Made by a program: the position numbers and the translations under genes. A model generated the notes under the pieces. That model ran no database searches. It was not told where the DNA came from and was given only the letters and a program-made list of their open reading frames with translations. Shown here piece by piece: positions 39,177 to 49,410 of a DNA stretch of 64,000 bases. This DNA comes from Vicinamibacteria bacterium (GTDB lineage: Bacteria; Acidobacteriota; Vicinamibacteria; Marinacidobacterales; Marinacidobacteraceae): NCBI GenBank assembly GCA_963668695.2, contig CAXXLQ010000004.1:448001-512000 (forward strand). Reading direction: 5' to 3'. Positions within the stretch are counted from its first letter, which is position 1. Each line of letters opens with the position of its first letter.

Positions 39177-40057
39177 GTCTGTCCTCCAACAGGATGGGCC
39201 GGTTGCTGCGGGGCGGCGTCCAGCGGGCCGGTGCGGAGGAGAAACCGATCCGGGACCCGGGCGTCAACCCGTGAAATCCCCGGCCAGCGCTCGACCAGAT
39301 CCGGCAGGAGCCCGGCTGTTCGCTCCAGGCCTTCCAAAAAGCCCCGTTCTGTCAACAGGACGGGTAGCGCCGGGGATCTGAAGACCACCCGCAGCCGGTA
39401 TGGACCGTCACTCACGTCCAGTTCCGAGACCAGGCGGTCCAGCTCGGGCCGGCGCGAAAGCGCCGCCGCCAGCCGGCCGGCCAACGAGGCGCGCGCGGCG
39501 AAGTCGCGGTGGCTCCGGTCCGCCCCGCGGACGAGCACCAGATCGGCCGCACCCGCCCAGGCCAGGTCGGCAACCGTTGCCGGTCCGAGGACCGTCCCGT
39601 CCTCGGCGAGGGCTGCGGGCGGCTCCCAGTCGAGGAGAGCCACGGCCCGTTTCTCCTCGATGTCCACCAGGACCCCTCCCGTCAGCGCCCGCTCCACGGA
39701 CACCTTCTTCGGGACTCCGGTTGCGAGGAGGCGCTCCCGGATCGCGGCCGCGTCCGCGAGCAGGCCGCCCGTTCCCAGAACCTCGGGGTCGAAGAGGGCG
39801 TTCAGATGCCCTGCCCCCCGGATCCGCAGTTCGGCCGGGGCCCTCTCGGAGACCGGACTGGCGCCTTCGACAGCCGTCAGCCGACCGACCGCGACACCGA
39901 CGGCAAGCGCGAGCCCGATGGATCCGACGGCAATGCGAAGGGCGAGTCGGGGCAGCGGGGTCCGCGGCGCGGGCGGGGCAACGAGCCGGCGTTCGGGATC
40001 CGCCGCGCGTGGACGGGCGCCGGCATCGGTCCGCGGCGGGAGCTCGACGGGCAACAT
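39173..40057 (-). CDS. ftsQ: Divergent FtsQ/DivIB-like protein
   Basis: Single TM, POTRA-like VSVERAL..GVLVDIEEKRAVA, C-terminal VDAR; lies between murC and ftsA; start uncertain. Confidence 0.65.
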   Translation of the reverse strand: MLPVELPPRTDAGARPRAADPERRLVAPPAPRTPLPRLALRIAVGSIGLALAVGVAVGRLTAVEGASPVSERAPAELRIRGAGHLNALFDPEVLGTGGLLADAAAIRERLLATGVPKKVSVERALTGGVLVDIEEKRAVALLDWEPPAALAEDGTVLGPATVADLAWAGAADLVLVRGADRSHRDFAARASLAGRLAAALSRRPELDRLVSELDVSDGPYRLRVVFRSPALPVLLTERGFLEGLERTAGLLPDLVERWPGISRVDARVPDRFLLRTGPLDAAPQQPAHPVGGQT

Positions 40058-40082
40058 GCCCTGGCGGCCACTGCCTCTTCCG

Positions 40083-41513
40083 CTATGCCACCCGTTCACG
40101 GAGCACCTCCTGCAACATGTCCGGAAGCTGGGTGATGGTCCCCGCACCCAGAGTCATGACGACATCGCCGGACCGGAGATCGGGCGCCAACCGGCTGGCG
40201 ACATCCTCCAGGCGGGCGATGAAACGCGCGTCGGGATGTCCCGTGCTCCGGATTCCCGCGGCGAGCCCTTCACCGTCCACGCCGGGAATCGGCGCCTCGC
40301 CCGCCGGGTAGATGTCCGTGACCACCACGATGTCCGCCGCGCCGAACGCCCGGGAGAACTCCTCGTACAGGGCCTGCACCCGGCTGTAGCGATGCGGCTG
40401 GAAGATGGCCACCGTCCGCGCGGAAAATGCCGCGCGGGCGGCGGCGAGAGTCTCCGCAATCTCGGTCGGATGGTGGGCGTAGTCGTCCACGATGCGGACG
40501 CCGCCCACCGTGCCGCGCCGCTGGAAGCGGCGTTCGACTCCGGCGAACGCCTCGAGTCCCTCGCGGATCGCGGGGGTCCCGAGCCCGAACTCGAGCCCGA
40601 CGGCGGCGGCGGCCAGGCTGTTGAGGACGGCGGTCCGGCCCGGCTGCCGGAGATGGACGGTGCCGGCGAGGCCGCCACGGATCCGCAGCTGGTAGCGGGT
40701 GCCGTCTTCGGAGATCGAGATCCCATCGGCCGAAACCTCGGCATCCGGAGAAAGTCCATAGGTGATGACCCGGCGGCGGATGCGCGGCAGCAGCGACCGC
40801 ACGTTCTCGCAGTCGAGGCAGACGATCGCCCCCCCGTAGAAGGGGGTCATGTTGATGAAGCGCACGAAGGAATCCACGAGATCGTCCATCCCTTCGTAAG
40901 CGTCGAGATGCTCGCGGTCGATCCCCGTAACCACCGCCAGCACCGGGAGCAGCCTGAGGAAGGTGCGGTCCGATTCGTCGGCCTCCGCCACCAGGATTTC
41001 GCTCTTCCCGACGCGGGCGCCCCCACCGATGGTGGCGACCCGCCCACCGATTACCGTCGTCGGGTCGAGCCCCGCGTGGTCGAGCAGGACCGAGGTCATC
41101 GAGGTCGTCGTGGTCTTGCCGTGCGACCCCGCGACGGCCACCGCGAACTTCATCCGCATCAGCTCGGCGAGCATTTCGGCCCGCGGAATGATGGGGAGCT
41201 GTCGTTCCCGCGCCGCGACCACCTCGGGGTTGTCGGCTGGAACCGCCGAGGAGGTGACCACCACATCGGCGGACCCCACCTGTGCCGCGTCATGTCCCTC
41301 GAACACGATGGCCCCGAGTTCGGCCAGCCGCCGGACGCTGGCGCCGGCCCGGAGGTCGGAGCCGCTCACCCGGTACCCGAGGCTCAGCAGCACCTCGGCG
41401 ATGCCGCTCATCCCCACCCCGCCGATGCCGACGAAGTGCACCCGGATCCGTTTCGAGAAGAGCAGTCCGCCCCCCGTCCCGCTGGAGGAAAAACCCGGTA
41501 CGCGGCCGTTCAT
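40083..41513 (-). CDS. murC: UDP-N-acetylmuramate--L-alanine ligase
   Basis: HFVGIGGVGMSG, GSHGKTTT, EADESD, DDYAHHPTE, FQPHRYSR. Confidence 0.96.
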   Translation of the reverse strand: MNGRVPGFSSSGTGGGLLFSKRIRVHFVGIGGVGMSGIAEVLLSLGYRVSGSDLRAGASVRRLAELGAIVFEGHDAAQVGSADVVVTSSAVPADNPEVVAARERQLPIIPRAEMLAELMRMKFAVAVAGSHGKTTTTSMTSVLLDHAGLDPTTVIGGRVATIGGGARVGKSEILVAEADESDRTFLRLLPVLAVVTGIDREHLDAYEGMDDLVDSFVRFINMTPFYGGAIVCLDCENVRSLLPRIRRRVITYGLSPDAEVSADGISISEDGTRYQLRIRGGLAGTVHLRQPGRTAVLNSLAAAAVGLEFGLGTPAIREGLEAFAGVERRFQRRGTVGGVRIVDDYAHHPTEIAETLAAARAAFSARTVAIFQPHRYSRVQALYEEFSRAFGAADIVVVTDIYPAGEAPIPGVDGEGLAAGIRSTGHPDARFIARLEDVASRLAPDLRSGDVVMTLGAGTITQLPDMLQEVLRERVA

Positions 41514-42589
41514 CGCTGGCCTCCGGCGAGATCGTGAAGACGCGCGGCGAGCCGCTCCGCGGGACGGTCGCGCACCAATTGCCGCGCCGCGCGCGACATG
41601 TCCGTGCGGCGAGCAGGGTCGTCCAGCAGGGAGCAGAGCGCGTTCGCGAACTCGGCTCCCGAAGCGCTCTCGTCGAGCGTGAGCGCCGCCCCGGCATCCG
41701 CGAGAGCGGCTGCATTGTGCCGCTGGTGTCCGCCCGCAACCGGCGCCGGCACCAGGATGCCCGGCCGCCCGGCGGCGCTGAGTTCGGCGCAGGTAATGGC
41801 TCCTGCCCGGCCGACCACCAGATCCGCCGCCTCCATCGCCCGGGGCATATCGTCGAGGTAGGCCGTCACCCGGGCGCCCAGTCCGGCTTCCCGATACGCG
41901 TCGCGAACCTGCGCTTCCTCCGCGGGGCCGGTCTGATGGGTGATCCGCAGACTGCCGCGTCGCTCGCGAAGCGCCGGCAACGAATCCACGACCAGCCGGT
42001 TCAGGCGGGAAGCGCCCTGGCTGCCGCCGGTGACGAGCACGGATACCGTCCCGTTGTTGCCCGGCGGGGGAGCCACCGCGAAGAACTCCGAACGCACCGG
42101 AATGCCGGAAACCACCGCCCCCCGACGGAAGAACCGCCGCGTCGGCTCCCACGCCACGGCGACTTCGGTCGCGAAGGGCGCACTCCAGCGGGTCGCGAAG
42201 CCAGGCTCGGCGTTGGGTTCGAGAATCAGCGATGGGATCCGGAGAAGCCGGGCAGCGAACACCGCGACGCCGGACACCGACCCTCCGGTTCCGAACACCG
42301 CGTCGGGACGGAACTCCTTCAGCAGCCGGCGCATGTCGCTGAGGGAACGGAGAAGCCGGAACGACGTCCGGGGCAGAACGAGCGGCGAACGGCCGCGGAT
42401 GGGCGGAACCTCCACGAGTTCGAGACGGAACCCGTGCCGCGGCACGAGGCGTCCCTCGAGGCCCTTCGCAGTGCCCACGAAACAAATCTCGGCCGGCCCC
42501 AGCTCCGAGAAGGCGCGCGCCACCGCGAGTCCCGGATAGATGTGTCCGCCGCTGCCCGCGGCCGCGACCAGAAGACGGCTGCTGGTCAC
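41510..42589 (-). CDS. murG: Undecaprenyl-PP-MurNAc-pentapeptide GlcNAc transferase
   Basis: GSGGHIYP, GGSQGA, HQTG, RAGA, HQRHNA. Confidence 0.95.
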   Translation of the reverse strand: MTSSRLLVAAAGSGGHIYPGLAVARAFSELGPAEICFVGTAKGLEGRLVPRHGFRLELVEVPPIRGRSPLVLPRTSFRLLRSLSDMRRLLKEFRPDAVFGTGGSVSGVAVFAARLLRIPSLILEPNAEPGFATRWSAPFATEVAVAWEPTRRFFRRGAVVSGIPVRSEFFAVAPPPGNNGTVSVLVTGGSQGASRLNRLVVDSLPALRERRGSLRITHQTGPAEEAQVRDAYREAGLGARVTAYLDDMPRAMEAADLVVGRAGAITCAELSAAGRPGILVPAPVAGGHQRHNAAALADAGAALTLDESASGAEFANALCSLLDDPARRTDMSRAARQLVRDRPAERLAARLHDLAGGQR

Positions 42590-43674
42590 GGAACCCTCTG
42601 CGAAACGGACAGCACCAGCCCCGCCGCCAGCAAGGTGGTGACGAGCGCGGAACCCCCGGCGGACACGAACGGGAGCGGCAATCCGGTGGTGGGAAGGATC
42701 GCGGTCGCAACGCTGAAGTTCAAAAACGCCTGCACCGCGATGGTCAAGGTGGCGCCCGCCCCGAGCAGCATGCCGAAGCGGTCCGGCGCCCGGCAGGAAA
42801 CGACCAGGCCCCGGATGGTGAACAGGAGGAAAAAGACCACGAGCAGCCCGGCCCCGATGAAGCCCAGTTCTTCGCCGACGACCGAGAAGACGAAGTCGGA
42901 GTGGGGCTCGGGAAGATAGAGAAGCTTCTGGCGACTGGCGGCGAAACCCACGCCGGTGACGCCCCCGCTGCCGAGAGCGATGAGCGATTGGCTCAACTGG
43001 AATCCGTCGCCGAGCGGATCCGCGAAGGGATCGAGAAAGGTGAGGATCCGGGCGACCCGGTAGTCGGCGGCCAGCACTCCGGCCACAAAGAGGGGAACGC
43101 AGACCGCAGTCAGGAGGGCGAGGTGCTTGAGACGCGCCCCACCCACGAAAATCACCGCCGCCCCGACGAGCACCAACAGGGTCGCCGTTCCGAGATCGGG
43201 CTGGAGATAGATCAGGCTGGCGAGAAATCCCGTACAGGCGAGCGGCAACAACAAGGTGCGGAAGGAGTCGGCGCGCCGGATGGCGAGCAGATGGGCAAGC
43301 GCTACCACCAGCCCGAGCCGCGCCGGCTCGGAGGGCTGCAGGGAGAAGCCGGCGACCTGCACCCAGCGGTGCACCCCGTTGATCGAAGGAGACAGCAGGG
43401 CGGCGAAGAGCGACACGATGACCGCCCCGTACACCGCCCACACCACGGCCGGACGATTCAGGAGCCGGTAGTCCGAACGGGCGACCGCGATCATCGCCAG
43501 GCAGCCGAGTGCGGCCCAGACCGACTGGCGCCCCAGGAAGTAGGAGGGGCTGCGGTCGCTGGCGTCCGCCAGGATGGCCGAGGCGCTGTAGAGCATGACC
43601 AGCCCAAAGACGAGAAGCCCGAGCGTGAGGAGGAAGAGCGGCACGTCGGGAGCCATCATCCGCCGCCCCTTCAT
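42586..43674 (-). CDS. ftsW: Peptidoglycan polymerase FtsW
   Basis: LQPSE, QPDLG, YLPEPHSDF, GEELG, LPFVSAGGS. Confidence 0.95.
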   Translation of the reverse strand: MKGRRMMAPDVPLFLLTLGLLVFGLVMLYSASAILADASDRSPSYFLGRQSVWAALGCLAMIAVARSDYRLLNRPAVVWAVYGAVIVSLFAALLSPSINGVHRWVQVAGFSLQPSEPARLGLVVALAHLLAIRRADSFRTLLLPLACTGFLASLIYLQPDLGTATLLVLVGAAVIFVGGARLKHLALLTAVCVPLFVAGVLAADYRVARILTFLDPFADPLGDGFQLSQSLIALGSGGVTGVGFAASRQKLLYLPEPHSDFVFSVVGEELGFIGAGLLVVFFLLFTIRGLVVSCRAPDRFGMLLGAGATLTIAVQAFLNFSVATAILPTTGLPLPFVSAGGSALVTTLLAAGLVLSVSQRVP

Positions 43675-45266
43675 CGCCGGCCCCCTTGGGCGCCTTCCAG
43701 GCGCGCGACCAGCGCGCGGAATCGGGTGCCCCGGTCCGCGTAGTTTTCGAAAAGGTCGAAGCTGGAGCAGCCGGGGGAAAGAAGGACGATCCCGCCAGGG
43801 CGGGAACGCGCGAAGGCGGCCGCCACGGCTCCGTCGAGGGTGCCCTGGACCTCCACCGGCACGCTGCTGATTTCGGTTGCGATCCGGGCCTTCGTCCGCC
43901 CGATCGCCTGGATCCCCTCCACCCGGCCGAGCGACCCCTCCAGATCGGAAAACCGGCCGCCCTTGAGGATCCCTCCCAGAATGAGCTGGATCCCGCCGCC
44001 CGCCGTTCCGGAAAGCGCATCGAGGGCCGCCCGGGTCGCCTGCAGGTTCGTCGCCCGGGAGTCGTTGATGAACCGGACCCCCGCCACCGAGCCCGCTTCC
44101 TCGAGGGCGTGGGGCAGGCCCGAAAAACGGGCCGCCGCCGTTTCGATGGCGTCCCGGCGAACCCCAAGCACACTGGCGGCCGCGGCCGCGGCCGCCAGGT
44201 TCTTCTGCTGGTGGCGGCCTGGGAGCCGGAGCGCGGACAGCCGGGCGAGGACCCGCGTTTCTTCTCCGTCCCGCCGGAGGACACTTTCGGAATCCAGGAG
44301 GACTTCCGGATCGTGCGCGCCGGCCGGCCCGGCGAACGGCAGCCAGCGCGCGCTGCTCGCCCGGATGCCGGCGGTCGCGAGATCGTGAGCCACGGGGTCA
44401 CCGCCGTCGCAGACGACCCAGTCGATGGCCGTCTGGTTCTCCAGGAGCCGGGCCTTGGACCGGCGGTAGTCGGCGAGATCCGGGTGCCAGTCGAGATGGT
44501 CCTGACCCACCTCCAGCAGCACGGCGACGTGCGCCCGGAAGCGGGCGATCGTCGCCAACTGGAAACTCGAGGTCTCGACCACCGCGATCTGATCGGGGCC
44601 GAACGATCCAGCGAGCGCGGTAAGGGGTTCGCCGAGGTTCCCGCAGGCCCTGACCGGGGTCCCCTGCGCCTCGAGCGCTTCCGCAAGCAGAGTCACCACG
44701 CTGGACTTTCCCTTGGTCCCCGTCACGGCCACCAGCCGGTCCCAGGGTTCGCCCAGCGCTCGGTATCCCAGCTCGAGTTCGCCCCAGACCGGGATTCCCT
44801 CGCGCTTTGCCGCTCTCAGGATGTCCGCCCGCGGCGGGACTCCGGGGCTCGTCACCACGAGCGCCATCCCGGCCAGCAAAGACGGGGGATGGCCCCCGAA
44901 GTGAACGCGCGCTCCCAGCGACCGGAGCGCGGAGGCCGCCGGAATGGCGGGCTCCGGTCGGGAGTCCGCAACCAGCACCCGCCGCCCGATACTGCAGAGA
45001 TAGCGCGCCGCCGCCTGGCCGCTCGCGCCGGCGCCGAGCACCAGTACGTCCGGCCCCGGGACAGGGTCTGCACAGCCTGTGGACAAAGTGGCGTGAGCGC
45101 CGAGAGCGGTGAGGCGCCCGGCTGACGAGGCGCGCGAGGGAGGAATACCGGGTGTATTTCGACCGAAGCGCAACGACGAGCCACGCGAAGCGAGGCGTTT
45201 CAGACGGGATGGATCGCCGCTCGAACGCCGCGTCGCCTTGTGCACAGGCTGTGTTAGTGCCGTCAT
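43671..45266 (-). CDS. murD: MurD ligase with an in-frame MITE in its N-terminus
   Basis: VLGAGASG, VTGTKGKS, ETSSFQL, DHLDWH, NDSRATN, LLSPGCSSFD. Confidence 0.92.
   Translation of the reverse strand: MTALTQPVHKATRRSSGDPSRLKRLASRGSSLRFGRNTPGIPPSRASSAGRLTALGAHATLSTGCADPVPGPDVLVLGAGASGQAAARYLCSIGRRVLVADSRPEPAIPAASALRSLGARVHFGGHPPSLLAGMALVVTSPGVPPRADILRAAKREGIPVWGELELGYRALGEPWDRLVAVTGTKGKSSVVTLLAEALEAQGTPVRACGNLGEPLTALAGSFGPDQIAVVETSSFQLATIARFRAHVAVLLEVGQDHLDWHPDLADYRRSKARLLENQTAIDWVVCDGGDPVAHDLATAGIRASSARWLPFAGPAGAHDPEVLLDSESVLRRDGEETRVLARLSALRLPGRHQQKNLAAAAAAASVLGVRRDAIETAAARFSGLPHALEEAGSVAGVRFINDSRATNLQATRAALDALSGTAGGGIQLILGGILKGGRFSDLEGSLGRVEGIQAIGRTKARIATEISSVPVEVQGTLDGAVAAAFARSRPGGIVLLSPGCSSFDLFENYADRGTRFRALVARLEGAQGGRR
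45073..45251. mobile_element. MITE family A, empty copy (179 bp), inside the murD reading frame
   Basis: TIRs CACAGCCTGTG/CACAGGCTGTG; ORF continuous from ATG 45266 through the element. Confidence 0.88.
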
Positions 45267-45269
45267 CGG

Positions 45270-46352
45270 TCATCGCAGCTTCAGGGTGGTCAGGGTGGCG
45301 AGCGCGCAGAGGACGGCCAGGATCCAGAACCGGACGCTCACCTGGGTCTCGTGCCAGCCGGCCAGTTCGAAGTGGTGGTGGAGCGGCGCCATCTTGAAGA
45401 GCCGCCGTCCAGTGAGCTTGAAGCTGGCCACCTGCAGAATGACCGAGGCGGCTTCGAGGACGAACACCCCGCCCACCAGCACGAGCAGCATTTCCTGCCG
45501 GATGAGGATCGCCTGCATCCCGATGCCGGCGCCGAGGGCGAGCGAACCCACGTCGCCCATGAAGACGCGCGCGGGGTGGGCGTTGAACCACAAAAAACCC
45601 AGGGCGGCCCCGGTAATCGCTGCTCCGAAGATGGTCACCTCGGAGGCGGCCGGGAGGTACAGGATGTCGAGATAGGCCGAGAACTCGGCGTGGCCGGCGA
45701 GATAGGTCAGGGCGGTGTACACGGCGGCCGCGATCAACACGCAACCCGCGGCGAGACCGTCCAGACCGTCGGTCAGGTTCACCGCGTTCGAGGAGGCGAC
45801 GAGGACCAGCATGGCCGCGGGCACGAACAACAGCGCCAGTTCGGGCTGGAACTCCTTCCAGAAGGGGAAGACGACGCGGGTGGTGAAGCCGCCGGTGCCG
45901 GAGTACCAGAGCAAGAAGCCGCCGACCGCCAGCCCGAGGAGCAGTTGGACGCCGAACTTGGATCGCGCGCTCAGCCCGATCCCATCCCCGCGCCGCAGCT
46001 TCTTCCAGTCGTCGAGGAAGCCGAGCGTGCCGTACCCCGTCATGGTCAGGACCGCCACCCATACGAGCACGTTCCCCAGATCGGCCCAGAGCAGCGTGGA
46101 CACGACCACGGAACCCACGATCAGGACTCCGCCCATCGTCGGGGTCCCGGCCTTGTGGTGGTGCGCCGGGCCGTCGGCGCGGATCCGCTCACCCACCCGG
46201 AGGCGGGACAGACGCGAGATCACAAAGGGCCCAAGGCCGAGCGAGAGGATGATGGCGGTGGCGGCCGCCGCCGCGGTGCGCACCGACACGTAGCGGAACA
46301 CGTTGAACGCGCTGATCTCGTCCGCGAGGGAGAACAGCAGTTCGCCGAGCAT
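45270..46352 (-). CDS. mraY: Phospho-N-acetylmuramoyl-pentapeptide transferase
   Basis: KAGTPTMGG, NAVNLTDGLDGLA, FMGDVGS, MAPLHHHFE. Confidence 0.97.
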   Translation of the reverse strand: MLGELLFSLADEISAFNVFRYVSVRTAAAAATAIILSLGLGPFVISRLSRLRVGERIRADGPAHHHKAGTPTMGGVLIVGSVVVSTLLWADLGNVLVWVAVLTMTGYGTLGFLDDWKKLRRGDGIGLSARSKFGVQLLLGLAVGGFLLWYSGTGGFTTRVVFPFWKEFQPELALLFVPAAMLVLVASSNAVNLTDGLDGLAAGCVLIAAAVYTALTYLAGHAEFSAYLDILYLPAASEVTIFGAAITGAALGFLWFNAHPARVFMGDVGSLALGAGIGMQAILIRQEMLLVLVGGVFVLEAASVILQVASFKLTGRRLFKMAPLHHHFELAGWHETQVSVRFWILAVLCALATLTTLKLR

Positions 46353-47755
46353 CAGGCGCCTCCCCCAAGCCCCGTCACCGGAGCTTCCAGCCGGCGGAGC
46401 GACGCATCGAGTCCAACCGCCCGGGACGCCTTGAAGAGCACCAGGTCTCCCTCGCGCAACGCGCCCTCGAGCAACTCTGCGGCCTCGTCCGGATCCTCCG
46501 CGGCGAGGGTGCTCGATCCGAGAGCGTCGGCCGCCTCGGCGAGCACCCGTCCCAGGGGTCCGACCCCAACGACCAGATCGAGGCGCAACTCGTTCGCGAG
46601 CTCTCCGCAGGCGCGATGCATCGCCTCGGCGTCTTCGCCGAGCTCGAGCATGTCGCCCACCACCAGGATGCGCCGCGCGGCGGGCAAGGCCGCGAACTCG
46701 TGCAACACGGCGCGTAGCGCACCGGGGCTGGAGTTGTACGTCTCGTCGAGCGCGACCGCCCCTCGGAGAAGCCGCACCCTCGTTCCCCGCCCCGGGAGCG
46801 GCGCCAGCCCCGCGACTCCGCGGGCCGCGCGCTCGAGCGGCACGTCGAGGACGGTCGCCGCCGCGAGCCCGGCGAGCACGTTGCCCGCGTTGTGCCGGCC
46901 GCCGAGCCCGCACGACACCGATACGGCGGGACCGCCGAAGGCGCGGACCTCGAAAACAAGACCGGCGGGGCTCGCCGCGTAGGCCGCGCCCCGGACGTCC
47001 ACCCCCTCGGAAAACCCGTACGTCACGTGCCGTCCCGAGAAGCGGAGCGCCTGCGCTCGAACGCGCTCGTCGTCGGCGTTCACCACCGCGGTCGCCCCGG
47101 GGGGCATGGCCTCGAAGAGTTCCCCCTTCGCCGCGGCAATGGCGCTGAGCGATCCGAAGTACTCCAGATGCGCTTCGGCGATGGTGGTGAGGACGCCGCA
47201 GTCGGGCACCGCGATCTCGGTAAGGGTCCGGATCTCGCCCGGAGCCGACATCCCGAGCTCCACGACCCCCACTTCTTCGTCTTCGCGGGCGAGCAGCGAG
47301 AGCGGAAGCCCCCACTGGTTGTTCAGATTCCCCCGGGAACGAAAAACGGTCCGTCCGGCGCCGATGGCGGCCGCCGCCGCTTCCTTGGTGGTGGTCTTGC
47401 CCAGGCTTCCGGTGATCGCAACGATCCGGACGCCGCTCTTCAACCGCTCTTCCCGGGCGAGCGCCCCGAGCGCCTCCGTGGGATCGGACACCCGGATCAG
47501 GAAACGGCCCGTTATCGTTTCCGGCAGGGTTGCCGGCCGGTCCCGGTATCCGCTCCCGACAACCGCACCTGGGGCGCCGCGGCGGAACGCGTCCGCGACG
47601 AAGGCGTGACCGTCATGACGGGGCCCCCGGATCGCGAAAAAGAGATCGCCCGAAGCGAGCGTGCGGGAGTCGATCGAGACGCCGGTAAGCATTCCGGCCG
47701 GGCCTTCGAGAGCGCCGCCCATCGTCCTGGCTGCCTCTTCGCCGGGGAGTCTCAT
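46352..47755 (-). CDS. murF: UDP-MurNAc-tripeptide--D-Ala-D-Ala ligase
   Basis: DSR, ITGSLGKTTTKE, NLNNQWGLP, DETYNSSP, GDMLELG. Confidence 0.95.
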   Translation of the reverse strand: MRLPGEEAARTMGGALEGPAGMLTGVSIDSRTLASGDLFFAIRGPRHDGHAFVADAFRRGAPGAVVGSGYRDRPATLPETITGRFLIRVSDPTEALGALAREERLKSGVRIVAITGSLGKTTTKEAAAAAIGAGRTVFRSRGNLNNQWGLPLSLLAREDEEVGVVELGMSAPGEIRTLTEIAVPDCGVLTTIAEAHLEYFGSLSAIAAAKGELFEAMPPGATAVVNADDERVRAQALRFSGRHVTYGFSEGVDVRGAAYAASPAGLVFEVRAFGGPAVSVSCGLGGRHNAGNVLAGLAAATVLDVPLERAARGVAGLAPLPGRGTRVRLLRGAVALDETYNSSPGALRAVLHEFAALPAARRILVVGDMLELGEDAEAMHRACGELANELRLDLVVGVGPLGRVLAEAADALGSSTLAAEDPDEAAELLEGALREGDLVLFKASRAVGLDASLRRLEAPVTGLGGGA

Positions 47756-49410
47756 GAGAGCGCGAGTTCCAGCGCATTGGCGGCGACTTGCCGGTCATCA
47801 AAGGGGATCCGCGTGTCCCCCAACTGCTGGTGTGTCTCGTGGCCCTTGCCCGCGACCAGGACCAGGTCGCGCGGCCCGGCCACCGACACCGCGTTCTCGA
47901 TGGCGCGCCGCCGATCCGGTTCCAAAAGCACCTCGGCGCCGAGGGCCGGGTTCTCGGCGCCGACCCGGATCTCCGCGATGATGGCGTCAGGCTCTTCCCC
48001 GCGGGGATTGTCCGAGGTGAGGATCACCCGGTCGGCGAGCCGGGCCGCGGCGTCTCCCATGAGCGGTCGATTGCCCCGGTCCCGTTCGCCCCCGCAGCCG
48101 AAGACCACGAGCAGCCGGCCGTCTCCCACCAGGCAGCGGGCGGCGGCCAGGGCCCGGGCCAGCGCGTCCGGAGTGTGCGCGTAGTCCACCAGGACCGCCG
48201 GCTCCCGCCGACGCCGGCGCCGTCCACCGGGTGCTCCGACCCGCTCCATGCGACCGGGAGGCGCGGCGATGGCGGCAAGGACCTCGGCGACGCGGGCTCC
48301 GTCGAACCCCATGGCGGTGAGCGCTCCCCACGCCGCCGCCAGGTTGAGGCCGCTGAAGTGCCCGAGCATCGGGCTCGCGAGCTCGTGAGACCCCGCCGGA
48401 CCGTCCACCGCCACCCGGGTGCCGTCGAGGTCGGAACGGATCGCACCGAGTCGGATCGTGGCCCCGGGAGCGGTCCCGAAGCCCACGATGCTCACGTCGG
48501 GACGAAGCGCCCGAAGGTCCTCGGCGAGCCGAACGCCATAGGGATCATCCCAGCCGACCACCGCCGTCCCGCCGGGACGGAGCAGATCCGTGAAGAGTTC
48601 CCGCTTGGCCTCGAAGTAGGAGTCGAACCCGCCGTGAAAATCGAGATGGTCGCGGGTGAGGTTCGTGAAGATCGCCGCCTCGAAGACGGTGCCCGCGAGC
48701 CGTCCCTGCCGGAGGCCGTGCGAGGAACACTCGACCGCTCCGGCGCGGCAGCCGGAAGCGAGGGCGGTGGCCAACAGGGACTGAAACTCGGGAGCCTCGC
48801 GGGTGGTGAGGCCCGAAGCGGTGGGCTCCAGGAGCCGGCCGCCCACCCGCGCGCGGTGCCCTACCGTGCCGCAGTAGAGGCTTCTTGCTGTTTCGCGATG
48901 AAAGAACTCGTCGAGCAGCCAGGCCACGGTCGTTTTGCCATTCGTCCCGGTGACTCCCACGAGCCGCATCCCTTCCGAAGGGCGGCCATGGAACGCGGCG
49001 GCGACCGGACCGGCGGCGCGGCGGGAATCGCGGACCAGGGCAAAGGGAATTGGCGAGTTCGGCGGCGGCGCTTCCACGACCGCGGCCACGGCCCCCGCGG
49101 CGGCGGCCGCCGGCACGAAGTCATGACCGTCGAAGCGCTCTCCCCGGGTCGCGATGAAGAGGCTTCCGCGCCCAACACGCCGCGAATCGGAGGTGACGTC
49201 CCGAACCTCCTGCTCGCCGGCGCCTTTCGACAGTTCTGCGTCGAGGCCTTCCAGGAGTTCTCGCAGGCGGCAGGATCGGGCTCCTCCGGCCACCCGCCCA
49301 GACGCATCGAGAACAGACGCATCGAGAACAGACGCGTCGGAAACTCCGGCGTTCGCTGGACGGCAGGACACTCCCTCGGGCACTCCCTCGGGCACTCCCT
49401 CGGCGGTCAT
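47752..49410 (-). CDS. murE: UDP-MurNAc-L-Ala-D-Glu--meso-DAP ligase
   Basis: GVTGTNGKTT, NLTRDHLDFH, DYAHTPD, DNPR, AGKGHE. Confidence 0.95.
   Translation of the reverse strand: MTAEGVPEGVPEGVSCRPANAGVSDASVLDASVLDASGRVAGGARSCRLRELLEGLDAELSKGAGEQEVRDVTSDSRRVGRGSLFIATRGERFDGHDFVPAAAAAGAVAAVVEAPPPNSPIPFALVRDSRRAAGPVAAAFHGRPSEGMRLVGVTGTNGKTTVAWLLDEFFHRETARSLYCGTVGHRARVGGRLLEPTASGLTTREAPEFQSLLATALASGCRAGAVECSSHGLRQGRLAGTVFEAAIFTNLTRDHLDFHGGFDSYFEAKRELFTDLLRPGGTAVVGWDDPYGVRLAEDLRALRPDVSIVGFGTAPGATIRLGAIRSDLDGTRVAVDGPAGSHELASPMLGHFSGLNLAAAWGALTAMGFDGARVAEVLAAIAAPPGRMERVGAPGGRRRRRREPAVLVDYAHTPDALARALAAARCLVGDGRLLVVFGCGGERDRGNRPLMGDAAARLADRVILTSDNPRGEEPDAIIAEIRVGAENPALGAEVLLEPDRRRAIENAVSVAGPRDLVLVAGKGHETHQQLGDTRIPFDDRQVAANALELALS

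Noticed and set aside
39173-41513. Absence of murB and ddl from the dcw cluster
   Set aside because: These genes are often located elsewhere; loss cannot be judged from one window.
41510-47315. Apparent fusion-length ORFs for murG (1058 aa), murC (875 aa) and mraY (681 aa)
   Set aside because: The upstream extensions overlap neighbouring genes in other frames; conserved starts are translationally coupled downstream.
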